Assembly: GCA_039621445.1 (NCBI GenBank)
Contig: CP154954.1
Location: forward strand, 23,200,954-23,264,953
Length of the DNA stretch: 64,000 nt
Reading direction: 5' to 3'
Source: Euglena gracilis
Taxonomy: Eukaryota
Under the pieces are notes generated by a model. It was given only the letters and a program-made list of their open reading frames with translations. It made no database searches and was not told the origin of the DNA. The position numbers and the translations under genes are program-made. Shown here piece after piece: positions 61,003 through 64,000 of this stretch (position 1 is its first letter; each line of letters opens with the position of its first letter).

Positions 61003-63446
61003 ATTTTTTTTATAAGGTAAAACGCTTTCACTTGTGCGCGGTGGTGGGGCGAACCGAGTCCACCGACCAGTGGCACTTCCTACTGGATTTGACGTGTTCA
61101 GGGGGTAAGGCTATGTACAGAAGCGACAGTCTCAGGGTAAGGTGGTCAGGATCGGCCATGTGGGGGCCAGGGCCCGATGGGTGAGGTGGCAGGGAGCAGG
61201 CGGGGTGGGGTGGCATTGTTGGGGGCAGGCTGTTCCCCGGTGTGCTCAATGGAGGTTTCGGGTTCGTCTGGCCTTTCGGCTTTCTCTTAGGTGTGCTTAC
61301 CATGTTGTCGCAACGGGACATAGCCAATAACACCGGCCCTTGGTGGCCGGTGTAGGCCGCCTTGGCTTGGCCTCAGCGGCCACAGGTGTTTACGTGGTGT
61401 TCGCCCTGACCCCCCTTTTTTACTCCGTGGCATATGGGGTGTGGGTAGTGAGATCAACGTCGCCTGATGGCTCCGCCACTGCCCCCCAAGCCAGCTGGCG
61501 AGCCAATTCCCTGGCCAACGTTAGACTCAGCGCTTGCCATACCGTGGCCTCTGACGATCGTCGTTGAGGAACATCGGTCTGCGCCAACACAGTGCGGCGG
61601 CACTTGGATATGAATCCTGCCCCTCGCTCCCCCATCCCTCCGAAGCAATCAACCACAAACGGGATGAACGTCCATCCCAGCCGTTCGCAGGTGGCTGCAT
61701 ACTTGCGTTCTTTGTCTCCCTCTTGTAGGTCGTGCCACCGTGCTAAGGCGTCCTTTGAGGAGACCGGGTTTGCTGGTTGCAACGGGTGGCGGACCGTGAC
61801 ATCCACTGCAGCAGGTCCGTCCGCGTCGAATCTCGTGATGAAGACATCTCCGGGTCTTGTCCGGTTGTCAGCCATCTCTTCTCGTCGAGCCATGAAACCG
61901 GCCCTTCTCGCCAGGTCCAAAACGAACGTCTGGAGGGCACCATGTCGCCACAAAGTGTTGTTTTTGGGGCAGCAGACAAGGTGGTTTCCTCCAACATCCA
62001 TTTGTTGGTGGCAGCGGGGACATTCCGGCAAGGAGCCATCTGTCGTTGCGGGGCAAACTTGGCATCCCAAGGACCACTGAGGCAGGGCTCTGAATTCTGC
62101 CGGTGGGATGAGGGTCTTCAGGGGGGCGGAGGGGTTGACCGCTGCACACGCCATGGCGTGCGGCCTCCGCTGGCATGCGAAACGGACCGCGTCATTTCCA
62201 ACAAGGCCAGCCAAAAGCAGGTCCGCCCGGACCTTGAGGACCTCATCTGTCCACCACTTTTGTCTCACCATTGAGGGAGACAGGGAACTCACCTTGCTCG
62301 CGTCCGTTAGGAGGTCACCCACAGGCGCCACCCCTTTGGTAAGGCCCGAGATCACCAAGCCCGTCTCTCCGTAATCCCGTGGGAGCTGGGGGCAACCCTC
62401 GGGTAGGCGCAGAGTGCTATCCGCTCGTGAGAGGAAGTCAAGGATGGCTGCCCACCTTGCCGGTGCTCTGGATACCTCTGGGTCTCGGATCCCGAGCCCC
62501 CCCAGGCGGACTGGCAGGGAGGCTTGTGCCCACTGTTTATCGTCCAGCGGGCGAGCGGTGATGACGGACATTGTGTCCCGAAGGAGAGTGGCAAAGGAAT
62601 GGCATGGCGCCTTGGCTCCCGAGAGTGGTTCGAAGCAGGTCGTTTACTTTACGTGCATCAAGAAATGGCCTGAGCACCGTGAACTGTAGGTGCGGCGACG
62701 GCAGCAATTGCAGCAGGTCACACGCTTTCCGGACTCCCGAGAGGCGCTCCTCCCAAAGGACAGTGGTAAAGTCCGGGCGTCCTGCCGGGTGGCAGACGGG
62801 CACTCCGAGCGCACGGATGCCAGAGCCGGGTGTGAAAGGTTCCACTGGGATGCCTTGAAGCAGGCCTTCTCCACGAGCAACAAATGCAGGCCCCCAGAGT
62901 TTACACTTTGTCAGGTTGAGTCCCACACCAATCTGTGGTCCCTCGTTCAGGATCAGCCGTACTGCCCTTTCGAGCTGTTCCTGCGTGCCCATGATGTGGG
63001 CATCCTCCAGGTACCAGGCTTGCCAGCCCACGATACCTTGCAGCTTGTCCAAGAGGGACTGTATCCCGAGGGCAAAGGCAGCCGGCCCATACCGGTCCCC
63101 TTGTTGCACACCGGACTTGCTTCGGAGTGACGTTTTTCCGAGATACAACTGAGAATGGCGGGCGTAACAACTCTCCAACCATGGAAGCAGCGGGGGGCAT
63201 CGCTCAGCGACTTCTGCCAGCAAATTGTCTCGAGAGATGCAGTTGAATGCGTTTGAAAAATACAGCTGGAGCAGTCCCCAATCTGCCTTTCCAACATGAG
63301 ACAGGCCGTCCACTAGCTGCTGGATACCCATTCCTATCAGAGCACATGCATCAGGTACGCCCACTCCCAGTTGCTGAGGTAGGGCTGTGGCCAGCGACCG
63401 ACGGACCTCCGGGTGACACATTAGCACTTTCGCCACCAGGCGGCGC
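61003..63446 (-). mobile_element. Second copy of the same CRE-like element, cut by LTR element E, with A-rich 3' tail
   Basis: Near-identical to 55580-57995. T-run at ~61004-61011 corresponds to poly(A). ORF ends 61420. Confidence 0.9.
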
Positions 63447-64000
63447 AGTGTACGTCCCACCCCGGCTTTTCTACTTATGCTTTCCTCCCGAAAAGCCCTT
63501 GGTTGGAGTAACAATAAAATTTGCTTCCCTTTTCCCCTTTTGAATGCAAAGCACACAAGCAGAAGAATTTGTGGGACCGCAGTCCCTTATATGAAAGTGA
63601 CTTTTGCTCTTTCGAGCTTTGTAAAAGAAAGAAATAAAACTTGTATTCAAATGGGACTTCGCCCTCAGAATTCTAAGCTTTCGCTAGCTCTGAGATTCTC
63701 TCTTTGTCTTATGGTTTAACCATGCCACTGTGTACAGCCCGGCCGTAGCCAGCTTGTAGGCCGTAGCCCATTGTATCTGGTACACAGTGCCATGGCAGAA
63801 TGGCTGCCTGGTACACATCCCCCTCCCAGGGCTCTGCCCGATTTCCCATCTGGACCAGGCCAGTCGGGATGCCAGGCACAGTCCCAGGTTCAGGGAGACA
63901 GTACCAGGATACCATGGTCTGGTTCCCAATTATGGTTACCGTGTTTGGAGCACAAAGCGCAAAAGAATTCTGGCGCGCATGCTGTGCTTCGTGTGTCTTT
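63447..64000 (-). mobile_element. Element E: 3' LTR (63447-63817), PPT (63818-63827) and 3' UTR of another family member running out of the window
   Basis: AGTGTACGTC...CCTGGTACACA|TCCCCCTCCCAGGGCT, the same termini and PPT as B, C and D, with a diverged LTR interior. Confidence 0.88.

Overview
Eukaryotic (protist-like) transposon cluster with no recognisable host gene. Bases 1-46178 and 63447-64000 hold at least five nested or adjacent copies of one Ty3/Gypsy chromovirus-like LTR retrotransposon family. Its layout is: LTR (TGTGTACC...GTACACT), tRNAi-Met PBS, a ~1325-aa coiled-coil Gag, a single in-frame stop plus hairpin, Pol (protease, Dam-like N6-adenine methyltransferase domain, RT, RNase H, integrase, chromodomain), a ~1800-aa extra ORF3 behind a splice-acceptor-like signal, PPT, LTR. 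One young copy (1614-12024, 5-bp TSD ATTCC, LTRs differ at 1 of 306 nt) keeps an intact Gag but has most of Pol and ORF3 replaced by ~33 copies of a 91-bp self-complementary repeat. Bases 46600-63446 hold a stack of CRE-like (RT plus restriction-like endonuclease) non-LTR retrotransposons whose N-termini carry tandem T2A-like ribosome-skipping motifs, plus small TIR elements and minisatellites. The most striking system is the methyltransferase-domain, readthrough, extra-ORF chromovirus and its satellite-bearing non-autonomous derivative. All domain calls are by eye from motifs; no searches were run.
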